DNA of 64,000 nt from Candidatus Doudnabacteria bacterium RIFCSPHIGHO2_02_FULL_43_13b (GCA_001777655.1 MFER01000013.1:2619-66618); one strand, 5' to 3'; shown: positions 1 through 10,088, counted from the stretch's first letter. Notes: generated by a model from the sequence alone, not told the origin. Made by a program: numbers and translations.

Positions 1-39
1 GTTTGGAAACCCGATCTTCACCAAGCTTACCTGTACTCA

Positions 40-432
40 TCAACGTCGGCTAGGGATGTATTTGTTCCTCATCTGCTCGTGCTCGTATTCTTTTTTTTCT
101 TTGGCAAAATTGAAAATCAAATACTTCAAAATAAAGATCAACCACACTATCCCCATCAACCCGATTAATCCAACCCAGAACCTGCGGCTAAATAACGGGG
201 TATTTTCGTATCGAAACAAAAACCAAAATCCACCGCTGATGGCTAAAGTCAAGCTTAGGTGCCAAATTCTTTTCCAAATATTCTTGATTGTTTGATGCTT
301 CGCAAATCTGGCGATGACCAAAAAGATAATCGCCACCGCCAAACAGGCAGCAAAAAAATAACCTATGTAAAAATCGGTTTGATTTAAGATGGTTGAAGGT
401 TGTGAAAACCAAAAATAGTAATTAATAGGCAT
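40..432 (-). CDS. hypothetical integral membrane protein (several TM helices)
   Basis: 130 aa ORF with hydrophobic helices; no recognisable motif. Confidence 0.35.
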   Translation of the reverse strand: MPINYYFWFSQPSTILNQTDFYIGYFFAACLAVAIIFLVIARFAKHQTIKNIWKRIWHLSLTLAISGGFWFLFRYENTPLFSRRFWVGLIGLMGIVWLIFILKYLIFNFAKEKKEYEHEQMRNKYIPSRR

Positions 433-986
433 TACTTTATAAACATCAACCCGTAATGATAAATATCGACCGGCAGCATACCCAGTTCTTTTAAGTTGGT
501 TTGACTGGCGAGTTTCACAATTTCAGTAGGCGCTAACCGATCGGCAATTTGCGGACCGATCGGTGATGGTTGATCATTCCATTCCAATGCAATCAGTTTG
601 CCCCCGGTTTTTAATAACCGATAGACTTCAGTCAACAATCCTTTCCGATTTTTTATTTGATGCAAGGTGTTAGCCAATAAAACATAATCCAAGCTGCCTG
701 TTGGGATACCCGAACAAGAACTGGCTTGTTCCAAATCACAGCGAATCATTTTAACATTACGCAGTCCCTTGACTCGAGCTTCCGCCGCGATATGATCCAG
801 CGCTGATTCTAAAATATCAACGGCGAAAACTGATCCTCGCTCGCCCACAATTTTTCCCGCGGCCATCACATAAAAACCGCTCCCTGCTCCCAAGTCAGCC
901 AGGGTCTGGCCGCTGGTCAAACCTGCGGCAAATAAAGTTTTCTCTGGATCCAAAAATTTCGGCGGTTCAAAAAGAAATTTATTCAT
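432..986 (-). CDS. class I SAM-dependent methyltransferase
   Basis: Motif I LADLGAGSGFY and post-I acidic residue, LKTGGKLIALEW motif. Confidence 0.6.
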   Translation of the reverse strand: MNKFLFEPPKFLDPEKTLFAAGLTSGQTLADLGAGSGFYVMAAGKIVGERGSVFAVDILESALDHIAAEARVKGLRNVKMIRCDLEQASSCSGIPTGSLDYVLLANTLHQIKNRKGLLTEVYRLLKTGGKLIALEWNDQPSPIGPQIADRLAPTEIVKLASQTNLKELGMLPVDIYHYGLMFIK

Positions 987-1088
987 CCCGTTAGAAATAG
1001 TGATTAGTTAATAAATCTAATTATTGATAATTGACCCGTCAAATATAAATGTTATAAATAATAAGCAACGCAAAATTTCTAACGGGAT

Positions 1089-1937
1089 TCATGCTAATTT
1101 CACGATTTGATGTACTGCTCTAATTTCCGTTGCCTTGCCAGTCGATTCATCTACTATAATAATAACATAACTTAACTCCACAGATGAAGCATCATCTGGA
1201 ATATCGAAAGAGACCCGGTTGCCGGTTAAAAACCGTTCTAAAGACAGTTCTTTTTTCACCCCCAGCACCGAGCCTGCCGCCCCGCACATGCCAACGTCGG
1301 TAATATAAGCAGTGCCGCCTGGCAAAACTTTCGCGTCAGCTGTGGGAATATGAGTATGCGTTCCTAAGATAGCGCTGACCTTGCCATCCAGAAAATAACC
1401 GAACGCGATCTTTTCGCTGGTGGCTTCCGCGTGGAAATCAATCAGTGTGGCCACAACATCGGGGCTTTGATTCTGTTTCTGCCAAAACTCAACCCCGGCG
1501 AATGCCGAGGTAATCGGATCATGAAACTGATTTTCCATAAACACTTGGCCCAAAAAATTTCCAACCAACACTGCTCCCTTGGAAGTGACAAGTTTAATTG
1601 CGGTATTCCCAGCATAAGTATCAGGAATGTTCGCCGGGCGAACTAAGCGATCGGAATATTTCGTTAAGGCTTCGTCGGAAAACTCCTTTTTGGAAAAAAT
1701 ATGATTACCGCCGGTAAACCCATTAATCCCCGCTCTGATCAGTTCTTCCAATGTTTTGACAGTTACTCCTTTGCCGTGCGCCAAATTTTCGACATTAGCC
1801 AAAACTAAATCCGGTTTCTCTGTCTCCAAAAGTCCGGGCAATGATTGTTTCACCGCCTTGCGTCCGGGTTCACCTGTAATGTCACCAAAGAATAATACTT
1901 TTAGCATAGATTGTTGAACGTTACCTCGCATACTCAA
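1089..1937 (-). CDS. ymdB: YmdB-family metallophosphoesterase (2',3'-cyclic nucleotide phosphodiesterase)
   Basis: N-term MLKVLFFGDITGEPGRKAV, GNHIF, GTHTHIPTAD metallophosphatase motifs; conserved synteny downstream of rny. Confidence 0.7.
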   Translation of the reverse strand: MSMRGNVQQSMLKVLFFGDITGEPGRKAVKQSLPGLLETEKPDLVLANVENLAHGKGVTVKTLEELIRAGINGFTGGNHIFSKKEFSDEALTKYSDRLVRPANIPDTYAGNTAIKLVTSKGAVLVGNFLGQVFMENQFHDPITSAFAGVEFWQKQNQSPDVVATLIDFHAEATSEKIAFGYFLDGKVSAILGTHTHIPTADAKVLPGGTAYITDVGMCGAAGSVLGVKKELSLERFLTGNRVSFDIPDDASSVELSYVIIIVDESTGKATEIRAVHQIVKLA

Positions 1938-3468
1938 TCACCCGAGTCTCTCGAATGACCATCACTTTGATTTCTCCCGGATATTTCAAATCCTGTTCGA
2001 TTTTATTTGCAATCTCTCGCGCCAGTTTGGTAGCGGCCCAATCATCCACTTTACCAGGTGTCACAAATACCCGAATCTCTCTTCCAGCTTGAATTGCGTA
2101 GACTTTATCCACCCCTTCGAACGCAGAAGCTAGGCGCTCTAAGTCTTCCAGCCGTTTGACGTAATTTTCATAAGTGTCGCGTCGCGCCCCCGGTCTGGAG
2201 CCGGAAATATTATCCGCCGCATCCACGATCGCGGCTTCAATCGACGAATATTCCACGTCGCCGTGATGGGCTTCAATCGCGTTAATAATTTTTTCAGGTA
2301 GGTTAAATTTCTGGGCAATTTGTTTGCCGATTTCCACGTGCGTGCCTTCCATGTCTTGATCCAAGGCCTTGCCAATGTCATGCAACAGCGCTCCCCGCTT
2401 GATGGTCGGGATATCGGCCCCCAACTCTTCGCCCATCAGAGCGGCCAATTTCGCCATCTCGACCGAGTGCTTTAAGACATTCTGCCCATAGCTGGTGCGG
2501 AACTTTAAGCGGCCGATCAGTTGCACCAATTTGGCCGGAAAGTCAGTGATGCCCAATTCATAAACCGCGGCTTCCCCGGCTTCGCGGATCATTTCCGCCA
2601 CTTCTTTTTTCGCTTTTTCCGTGGCTTCTTCGATTTTCGCCGGGTGAATCCGGCCATCAGCAATCAGCCGCTCCAAAGCCAGCTTGGCGATATGGCGCCT
2701 GACTGAATTGAATCCGGAAATTATCACGGCGTCCGGAGTATCATCCACGATCACTTCCACCCCCAGCATTTGTTCGAAAGTTCGGATATTGCGGCCTTCT
2801 TTGCCGATGATCCGGCCTTTCATTTCATCGTTAGGCAAACTGACGGCCGTGGTGGTGGTTTCACTCGTGACTTCCGAAGCGCAGCGCTGAATGGCCAAGG
2901 CCACGATCTCGCGGGCTTTTTTATCCGCCTCGTCCCGCGCTTGATTCAAAAGTTTATGAGTCAGCATGGTCAATTCGTCCTTGACATTCTTTTCCGTGGC
3001 TTCCAACAGCACTCGTTTCGCATCTTCGGTGGAAAGATTGGCAATTTTCTGCAATTTTTCCAATTGCTGTTGTTTAACCTCTTTAAGCTGTTCTTGATTT
3101 TTTTCCAAATCCAGCTTTTTTTGGGCTAAATCTTCTTTGGTTTTGTCATTATCCGAGACTCGACGATCCAGATCAGCCTCTTTTTTGGTTAATCGCTCTT
3201 CGACTTTAATAATTTGGCTGCGAAAATCCGTTTCCGCTTTTTTGCCCTGCTCGATAATCTCCATGGCCTTGGTTTTGGCTTCCAGCAATATTTCTTTTTC
3301 TTTATTGCGAGCAATTTCCTCAACCCGGGCGACTTTCGCCTCGATGGAATTAACCTTGCTGGCAATCTGCACTTTGCGGATGAAATAGCCGGCAATTCCC
3401 CCCACTAATATCCCGATTACAATATATAAACCAATCATACCCAGTATATCAACTTTCAGAGACGCCAA
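1921..3468 (-). CDS. rny: ribonuclease Y
   Basis: N-terminal TM helix, coiled-coil, KH domain (IGKEGRNIR), HD domain (HSVEMAKLA...LHDIGKA); 515 aa. Confidence 0.85.
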   Translation of the reverse strand: MASLKVDILGMIGLYIVIGILVGGIAGYFIRKVQIASKVNSIEAKVARVEEIARNKEKEILLEAKTKAMEIIEQGKKAETDFRSQIIKVEERLTKKEADLDRRVSDNDKTKEDLAQKKLDLEKNQEQLKEVKQQQLEKLQKIANLSTEDAKRVLLEATEKNVKDELTMLTHKLLNQARDEADKKAREIVALAIQRCASEVTSETTTTAVSLPNDEMKGRIIGKEGRNIRTFEQMLGVEVIVDDTPDAVIISGFNSVRRHIAKLALERLIADGRIHPAKIEEATEKAKKEVAEMIREAGEAAVYELGITDFPAKLVQLIGRLKFRTSYGQNVLKHSVEMAKLAALMGEELGADIPTIKRGALLHDIGKALDQDMEGTHVEIGKQIAQKFNLPEKIINAIEAHHGDVEYSSIEAAIVDAADNISGSRPGARRDTYENYVKRLEDLERLASAFEGVDKVYAIQAGREIRVFVTPGKVDDWAATKLAREIANKIEQDLKYPGEIKVMVIRETRVIEYAR

Positions 3469-3790
3469 ACGCTGTTTGGTTACGTTTGAAGTCCATTAAT
3501 CTTAAGCCTAAAAACCGACGACCCTGTGTGGTTTTTAAATAATTCTCACGGCGTTTGGCGTCTACTTCACTCAAACACCCCTCGAAGTATATCAATTTAA
3601 AAGGCGTTCTAAACTTTGTTGAAAAATTTAAACCCCTATTATGTTCTTCTAATCTCTTTCTTAAATTAGTAGTAAAACCAATATATCTTTTAAAATCTTC
3701 TAAACTTTCCAATACGTAGACATAGAAGAACATACTGAAAGTTGTATTACTGGGCATAAAAAACACTCCAATCTCTATAATTGGCCGCAT
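3449..3790 (-). CDS. GIY-YIG nuclease family protein (true start probably internal Met at MFFYVYVLES)
   Basis: YVYVLES...YIGFTTNLRKRLEEHN...KLIYFE motif set of small free-standing GIY-YIG proteins. Confidence 0.6.
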   Translation of the reverse strand: MRPIIEIGVFFMPSNTTFSMFFYVYVLESLEDFKRYIGFTTNLRKRLEEHNRGLNFSTKFRTPFKLIYFEGCLSEVDAKRRENYLKTTQGRRFLGLRLMDFKRNQTAFGVSES

Positions 3791-4062
3791 CTTTACTGGT
3801 TTAGGTTTGTGTCAAAATTAAACGGACGCTAAAACAAGCCCTCGAGTTAAGGGTAATTTTTTTGCGACTCCGACGATTCTGTCGGAGCTCCGACCTGACA
3901 GAGTCAGCGTCGGAGTAGATTGAGACAAAACTATGGACATATCGAGAATAAAGATGCAGTCAAACAGTTATAAAGAATAATAACGAATTCTTACACTTAG
4001 CTTTACTAAGCTAATTGCAATATACCACAAATAGGCGGAATGTCAACAGACCAGAATACAAA

Positions 4063-4626
4063 TTATATTACGATCCCGATGCACTTGGTGGCATAAGCCT
4101 TGAGCATGTTGCTATAATCAGATTCCCAAGCTGCTAAGGTTGCCTCGACATCCCTAATTTTACTTTCAATAGACCAGCCTGAATCAGGATCAACATAACC
4201 TGGCGAAACACGGCTGTAATATTCTAAAGCAAGTTTTTTATCGCCGATCCTTTCTTCCAGCTCCATAATACTTTGTATCAACAATGCACAATCGAGCTGC
4301 GGTTCCGTAAACTTATCTCTGGGCTGTTGGTCATCGCCAGAGTCGCCATCATAAGCTGCGCTTAAATTTAGCTCCACGCGAGAGCGATTAAAAAAATCAG
4401 CGACACTTTGAGTTTGGGCAAACTTTGGAGCATATGCTTCAACCAACTGTCCAAGTTCCGAGACATTTGTTATTTTGGCCGCCGCAACATCAAAGTCTTT
4501 CTTTAAATTCTGGCGGATAAAATAACTAGAGACCTCGTTGATGGCAAGAGCAACCAACAGCAAGCCCGCGATGAGCAATAATCCGCTTTTCCAATTTAAC
4601 TTATTCCAGTTGAATTTTAGTTTCAT
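4063..4626 (-). CDS. hypothetical membrane-anchored/secreted protein
   Basis: N-terminal signal-anchor (LLLIAGLLLVALA), acidic middle region. Confidence 0.35.
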   Translation of the reverse strand: MKLKFNWNKLNWKSGLLLIAGLLLVALAINEVSSYFIRQNLKKDFDVAAAKITNVSELGQLVEAYAPKFAQTQSVADFFNRSRVELNLSAAYDGDSGDDQQPRDKFTEPQLDCALLIQSIMELEERIGDKKLALEYYSRVSPGYVDPDSGWSIESKIRDVEATLAAWESDYSNMLKAYATKCIGIVI

Positions 4627-4694
4627 TTGCTTTGGTTTCTCCTAAGTTAATTGCTTCTGCTTTTAGTATACCCCGATGAAATTTGTCAACAAAC

Positions 4695-5009
4695 CTATAA
4701 ATTCTTTAGCAATCGTGGGACTTCAGTCGTGGCAACATCAAACACAATCTCCAGATCCACATCCATATAATCATGGACTAATCGATCTCGCATGGCCATT
4801 GCCCGTTTCCAATCAACATGAGGATAAGTATCTTTGGTTGCCTGAGAAGTCCGCTTGGCGGCTTCCCCGATATTTTCAATTAGTTTGACAATTGCCAAAT
4901 GCAATTGTTCGTTCGCGACGAAATGCTCAAAGCTAACTTTGCTGGTAAATTCAATGATTTTGCTACAAAATTCCTTGATCTGCGCAATGTAGATTTTATC
5001 TTTGTCCAT
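4695..5009 (-). CDS. hepT: HepT-like (DUF86) toxin of nucleotidyltransferase TA pair
   Basis: R-x4-H-x-Y motif (RDRLVHDY); 4-nt overlap with upstream MntA gene. Confidence 0.65.
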   Translation of the reverse strand: MDKDKIYIAQIKEFCSKIIEFTSKVSFEHFVANEQLHLAIVKLIENIGEAAKRTSQATKDTYPHVDWKRAMAMRDRLVHDYMDVDLEIVFDVATTEVPRLLKNL

Positions 5010-5286
5010 AGATGAGTTTCAAGTCGCGTTCGATTTGTGGCCGTAAAAACTTATTTACTGCGCCAACTGTCACCAAATCAATATCATGATTAAGCACTCT
5101 GCGTAAATTTTCATCAAGTTTGAGATATCCGGCGAATGTCGGCGATGATTGAAATTTAACTAATATATCCACGTCGCTGGAAGCGGACGCATCCCCGCGC
5201 GCCACACTACCAAAAATTCCGGCATACTCCACACCAGATTGTTTTAGCACCGGAACAATTTTTTCTTTCACTTCTTCGATAGTCAT
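4996..5286 (-). CDS. mntA: MntA-like minimal nucleotidyltransferase antitoxin
   Basis: GIFGSVARGDASASSDVDILV (GS-x9-DxD) nucleotidyltransferase signature. Confidence 0.7.
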   Translation of the reverse strand: MTIEEVKEKIVPVLKQSGVEYAGIFGSVARGDASASSDVDILVKFQSSPTFAGYLKLDENLRRVLNHDIDLVTVGAVNKFLRPQIERDLKLIYGQR

Positions 5287-5361
5287 GTTTATATTTTACC
5301 ACCTCCCAGCTCTTATGGTCAACAATACCAAAAACCCGCCATTGCAAGACAAGATTGCCTA

Positions 5362-6012
5362 TTACACACTAATTCTTAAAATAAAAAACATGGCGATGGC
5401 GAAGCCGGCGAAGCCGAAAAGAATACTGCTGATAATCCAGGTATAGACCCGGAACCGAGGAACCACTAAAAAATCGTTCCGGAAACTTTCGGCAAATCGG
5501 TCAATCTTCCGATCAACATCTTCTTCTCTTACTGCCGCCCGAATTGGGACTTTATAATATTTGGCGAAGTCCGACAGAGAAAGCACGCCTTTTAGAACAT
5601 TATTATCATCCACGACCGGCACCGGGTCTGCCGTGGCGGGATCCAAAAACAGCGCATGGGCATCCTCGATGGACTGTGAAATATTCAGCGTCCTCGGGTT
5701 TGGGTTCATGACCTTTTTCATATCCAGCGGGACCGCTTCCTTCAGTTCTTCTAAGATCGCGGATTTCTTTTTTTTATAATATTGCAGATCGGAAAATAGC
5801 GTGAGTAAGGTGCGCAAATGGACATAAGATTGATCGGCTAACAATTTCTTTTCCGTAAACAATCCGACCAATTTGCCAGCTCGATCCACGACCGGCAAAC
5901 CGCTAAATCTATGATGAACGACAGAAACCACCGCCTCAGTTAAGGGGGTATCTTCAGTCACGGTCACGACTTGCTTGGTCATTAGGTCTTCAAGTTTTTC
6001 AATCTGTGTCAT
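5362..6012 (-). CDS. CBS-domain pair protein with C-terminal TM anchor
   Basis: Two CBS-like repeats (VVTVTED..., PVVDDNNVLKGVLSLSD) and terminal hydrophobic helix. Confidence 0.55.
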   Translation of the reverse strand: MTQIEKLEDLMTKQVVTVTEDTPLTEAVVSVVHHRFSGLPVVDRAGKLVGLFTEKKLLADQSYVHLRTLLTLFSDLQYYKKKKSAILEELKEAVPLDMKKVMNPNPRTLNISQSIEDAHALFLDPATADPVPVVDDNNVLKGVLSLSDFAKYYKVPIRAAVREEDVDRKIDRFAESFRNDFLVVPRFRVYTWIISSILFGFAGFAIAMFFILRISV

Positions 6013-6072
6013 GACAATCTATTAAAGTTTACGTATAATCATTATATACTAAATCATTAACCTAATAAACTT

Positions 6073-6654
6073 ATGAAATACACACTGCCCCGGCTTCCCT
6101 ACGCCTATGATGCCTTAGAGCCATACATCGATGCGAAAACCATGGAAATTCACCATACCAAGCATCATCAAGCTTACATTGATAAACTTAATACCGCCTT
6201 GGACAAATATCCGGCCTTGGCGGAACAACCGCTCGATGGACTTTTGAAAAACTTGGATTCACTGAAAGTAGACGAAGCGGACCGCACGGCCATCCGCAAT
6301 CATGGCGGCGGGCATGTTAATCACACACTGTTCTGGACCCTGATGGATCCGAAGAACAAAAAAGATGATAAGTTGATTGCGGATATCAATACCACTTTCG
6401 GCTCGGTGGAAGAATTCAAAAAACAATTTACTGATGTCGCGGCGAAAGTCTTCGGTTCTGGTTGGGCTTGGCTAGCGCGCGATGAACAGGACAAACTCCA
6501 TATGCATGGCCTGCCCAACCAAGACTCTCCCTATCTGCACGGCCACACGCCCATCATCGGCCTCGATGTTTGGGAACACGCCTATTACCTGAAGTATCAG
6601 AACAAGCGGCCGGATTATATCACCGCTTGGTGGAACGTTTTAAAATTAATCTAA
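6073..6654 (+). CDS. sodA: Fe/Mn superoxide dismutase
   Basis: LPYAYDALEPYID, HHTKHHQAY, DVWEHAYY canonical SOD motifs. Confidence 0.9.
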   Translation: MKYTLPRLPYAYDALEPYIDAKTMEIHHTKHHQAYIDKLNTALDKYPALAEQPLDGLLKNLDSLKVDEADRTAIRNHGGGHVNHTLFWTLMDPKNKKDDKLIADINTTFGSVEEFKKQFTDVAAKVFGSGWAWLARDEQDKLHMHGLPNQDSPYLHGHTPIIGLDVWEHAYYLKYQNKRPDYITAWWNVLKLI

Positions 6655-6708
6655 ACTTAAAGTCGCTGAATAAAAAAACCGCCCCGGACCAAGATCCAGG
6701 GTCTATTT

Positions 6709-7050
6709 TTACTCTTTAATTTTTGCTTCTTGACCACTGCGGGTATAATAAAGTTTCGCTTTGCGAGCCGGGGTGGCTTTGACGACTTCAATCTTTTCGA
6801 TATTTGGCGAATGAATGGGAAAAATTCGCTCCACGCCGATACCAGAGGAAATCTTGCGCACGGTCACGGTGCCATTCATGGCTTTTCCGCCCTTGGTAGC
6901 GATGACCTGGCCTTCGAAGACCTGGATCCGCTCTTTTTCTTTCCCTTCAGCCGAAATATCTTTAATCTTTTGGTGCACGCGGACAACGTACCCGGCTTTT
7001 AGTACCGGAATATCTTTTAGTTGTTCGGGTCGAAATGTTGGAATCATCAT
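6709..7050 (-). CDS. rplS: 50S ribosomal protein L19
   Basis: [15 protein letters not shown] and IFPIHSP motifs; sits at end of rpsP-trmD operon. Confidence 0.85.
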   Translation of the reverse strand: MMIPTFRPEQLKDIPVLKAGYVVRVHQKIKDISAEGKEKERIQVFEGQVIATKGGKAMNGTVTVRKISSGIGVERIFPIHSPNIEKIEVVKATPARKAKLYYTRSGQEAKIKE

Positions 7051-7105
7051 ATGAATATCTTAGTATCGCGCGAAGCGCTTAGTATCCAAATATCGATATT
7101 GGATA

Positions 7106-8053
7106 TTAAGATACTGGGATATTAATGTTTAACTTAGTCAATACTTCTCTCAAATCCGTCGGCAGTTCTGACACTAGTTCTAACCACGTCCCGTCCATCA
7201 ATTGAAATTTCAGTCGGGCTGCGTGGAGAAACTGTCTATCTAAAATTGGGGAAGCTTTCCCATAGAGCTTGTCTCCCACAATCGGGCACCCAATGTGCGC
7301 CAGGTGCGCTCGAATCTGATGAGTGCGCCCTGTGTGCAATTTTACACGAAGAAGAGCAACTTGTAAAGACTCGCCAGAGTCTTTACCCCGAGCGGAGTGA
7401 AGCGAAGTCGAGGGGTCCAATTTCCCTTCACCCAAAACCCAATACTCGGTAATGGCTTCCTTGCCTGACCCCACTCGCATTTTCTGCTTCAAGGGAACTT
7501 TCTCTAACGGCAAATTAATAATGTCGTGTTGTTTAGCTGGCACCCCTGATACTAACGCCAAATACTCTTTTTCAATCTTATGATCCAAAAACTGCTGTTT
7601 GAAATACTCATACCCTCTTGGGGTTTTCGCAATCAAAATCAAGCCAGACGTATATTCATCCAAACGGTGGACGATCCCAGGCCGATGCGGCTCGCCGACG
7701 TTCTCAATTCCTGGAAATCTGGTTAAGAGCGCGTTGGCCAAAGTATCTTCCGTGTTGCCAGCGCCTGGGTGGACGACGAGCCCGGCCGGCTTATCAATCA
7801 CGGCGAAATCTTCATTTTCAAACACGACTTTCAGCGCCAAAGTAGAAGCTGTCAACGCTTCTGGTTTGAATTCCGGCAGTTCAATTTGGTCTTCAATTTT
7901 CAATGGCCAATCCGGTTCCGAAACTTTATGGCCATTAACCGAAACTGCGCCGGTCTTGATGGCCTTCTGAATCCTCCCCCGCGAAACATCGGGAATTTTC
8001 CCAGCCAAAAATTTATCCAATCGGTCTTTTTTTTCAACTGCGAATTCAAGCAT
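7106..8053 (-). CDS. rluD: RluA-family 23S rRNA pseudouridine synthase (RluD-like) with S4 domain
   Basis: S4 domain (GRIQKAIKTGAVSVNG), HRLDEYTSGLILIAKT catalytic Asp motif. Confidence 0.8.
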   Translation of the reverse strand: MLEFAVEKKDRLDKFLAGKIPDVSRGRIQKAIKTGAVSVNGHKVSEPDWPLKIEDQIELPEFKPEALTASTLALKVVFENEDFAVIDKPAGLVVHPGAGNTEDTLANALLTRFPGIENVGEPHRPGIVHRLDEYTSGLILIAKTPRGYEYFKQQFLDHKIEKEYLALVSGVPAKQHDIINLPLEKVPLKQKMRVGSGKEAITEYWVLGEGKLDPSTSLHSARGKDSGESLQVALLRVKLHTGRTHQIRAHLAHIGCPIVGDKLYGKASPILDRQFLHAARLKFQLMDGTWLELVSELPTDLREVLTKLNINIPVS

Positions 8054-8151
8054 ATTATGATAATTATAATTAACTATATCCCTATTTTGTGCGACCTGCC
8101 CGCTCGTGCCTCGCAGAGGCAGGCGGGTCGCACATTTTAAGGATATTGCTC

Positions 8152-8673
8152 TTAGCGAATCCCCCCTTCGATAACTTTTACATACTGGATTAATTTCATC
8201 TCTTTCAGCAAATCATAAAATTCTTGAGGTAGAACGTCCGGGGCAATGAATACACTTTTTTGGATCATGGTAAACTTCATTTGCTTAAGCAACCGCCTCA
8301 AGAAATTTCTATACGTTCTCTTTTCTTCTGGTATATCAAAAATTATTATAGTGGCCTGATTCCCTCTTTGGTTCCTAGAAGTCCTAATCTTGAAAATTAA
8401 ATATTTAATTTTACCTTTTCTAGTAATTTCATAATATATTTTATCCTCAATTTTTTTCTTGTCGAGCCATCCTTGTTGGCGCATTCTTTCTGCGGTTTTA
8501 TACAGTTGTTTTCGCGGGATTTCTTTGGGGTGTATCGGCAATCCATACATCTGGCGCCTGGATTCGGAGAAAGTCAAGGGCGAAGCATAATACATCCCTA
8601 AAATTTCATTAGTAACCGACTTAATTGTTTTTGCGATTATTTTTTTAATCTTGCTTTTCTTAAGTTTCTTCAT
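8152..8673 (-). CDS. PaaX-like protein: N-terminal PadR/PaaX winged helix plus C-terminal Cas2/VapD-like domain
   Basis: wHTH (LYKTAERMRQQGWL...YYEITRKG); C-terminal TIIIFDIPEEKRTYRNFLRRLLKQMKFTMIQKSVF pattern resembles Cas2 core (YDI..D..R..V...L...G.R.Q.SVF). Confidence 0.4.
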   Translation of the reverse strand: MKKLKKSKIKKIIAKTIKSVTNEILGMYYASPLTFSESRRQMYGLPIHPKEIPRKQLYKTAERMRQQGWLDKKKIEDKIYYEITRKGKIKYLIFKIRTSRNQRGNQATIIIFDIPEEKRTYRNFLRRLLKQMKFTMIQKSVFIAPDVLPQEFYDLLKEMKLIQYVKVIEGGIR

Positions 8674-8844
8674 AAAGCCATGATATCCCTATTTTGTGCG
8701 ATCGTCAAATTTAGGGATATAGGTCACCAGTATTTTTTAGGGATTCTTAATTTCTTACTATTCTTTGAACAAACCAAAACCCGCCCCTGCCTACCGGCAG
8801 GCAGGCTTTCGGGCGGATTAGGAATTTAATTAACTTCTAATTTA

Positions 8845-9348
8845 TTATTCAGTCAAATCCCGGCAATTATTCATCCATGTCTCCATGCCAAGCGCTAATA
8901 ATCTTCTAATAAGGTTTATTGAATCTTGCCATGCTCTAATCATATCTATAATTACACTATCATCAAACCGTTGGAAATCCTCTATAGCTGCTTCGTATAC
9001 TCCGATCCGGTACAACAAATCATTAATATTCTTCACCAGACCTGCACAATTAACCTCTCCATCTCTATCACAATCTTGGTCATCTCCTGAACAAGGATTA
9101 TCGGTACTGGCGCTACTTATGTTAAAAGAAATTCTTGAATCACTGACTATAATTTTACTGAAATCATAATTTTGTACAAAAGCGTTTTTATCTTTAGCTT
9201 GGTCATACTCTTGGGCGAAAGCTGTAAATCTCTGAGCGGTTTGCTTCGCCTCATACTGCTCCATTCCCCACTGCACCCCCAACGTGGCCAAGACCCCGGC
9301 CAAGATACCTCCCGCGACCCATTTGGTCGCTTGTTCACTAAATTTCAT
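8845..9348 (-). CDS. hypothetical secreted Cys-rich protein
   Basis: N-terminal signal/TM, CSGDDQDCDRDGEVNCAG segment; followed by hairpin terminator at ~8775-8815. Confidence 0.35.
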   Translation of the reverse strand: MKFSEQATKWVAGGILAGVLATLGVQWGMEQYEAKQTAQRFTAFAQEYDQAKDKNAFVQNYDFSKIIVSDSRISFNISSASTDNPCSGDDQDCDRDGEVNCAGLVKNINDLLYRIGVYEAAIEDFQRFDDSVIIDMIRAWQDSINLIRRLLALGMETWMNNCRDLTE

Positions 9349-9410
9349 TTGATTTATATTAATTGCTTCTGCTTTTATTCTACCCCCCCCCGATAAGTTT
9401 AGTCAAATGA

Positions 9411-10088
9411 TTACTTGAGTAAATCTGGTCTTCGTTTTTTTGTGCGCTTTAGGGCTTCTTTTGCTCGCCACGCGGCAATCTTGGCGTGGTTGCCGGAAAG
9501 CAATACCTTAGGCACTTTTTTACCCTTGAAATTTTCCGGCCTCGTGTATTGTGGGTACTCCAATAATCCGTCTGAAAAACTTTCCTGTACTAATGATTCT
9601 GACTTACCCACGACTCCGGGAACTAATCGCGCGACTGTATCCAAAACCGCCAGCGCCGGGATTTCCCCGCCGGTTAAGACAAAATCCCCAATGCAAATTT
9701 CCATATCAACCATAGAACGGATCCGTTCATCGAATCCTTCATAACGTCCGCAGATAAGGACCAAGGTCTTGTAGTCAGCCAATTTATTGGCTATTTTTTG
9801 ATTGAATTTTTGTCCTTGTGGCGTTAGTAAAATTATTTTTGAATTTTGAATTTTGAATTTTGATTTCAAAGCACGGAGTGCTTTGGCCATGATATCCACT
9901 CGCAACACCATCCCCGCTCCGCCGCCATAAGGAGGCAAGTCCACGACTTTGTGCGGCCCCTCACCAAAGTCGCGCAAATTGACTAATTCAATTTTAATTA
10001 TTTTTTTCGCTACCGCGCGCTTAAGCAAGCTTATATTAAAATAAGACTCAAAGGCTTCGGGAAAGAGTGTTAGTATTATGAACCTCAT
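9411..10088 (-). CDS. trmD: tRNA (guanine37-N1)-methyltransferase
   Basis: MRFIILTLFPEAF N-terminus, SPOUT knot motifs (GRYEGFDERI, GDFVLTGGE). Confidence 0.9.
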   Translation of the reverse strand: MRFIILTLFPEAFESYFNISLLKRAVAKKIIKIELVNLRDFGEGPHKVVDLPPYGGGAGMVLRVDIMAKALRALKSKFKIQNSKIILLTPQGQKFNQKIANKLADYKTLVLICGRYEGFDERIRSMVDMEICIGDFVLTGGEIPALAVLDTVARLVPGVVGKSESLVQESFSDGLLEYPQYTRPENFKGKKVPKVLLSGNHAKIAAWRAKEALKRTKKRRPDLLK

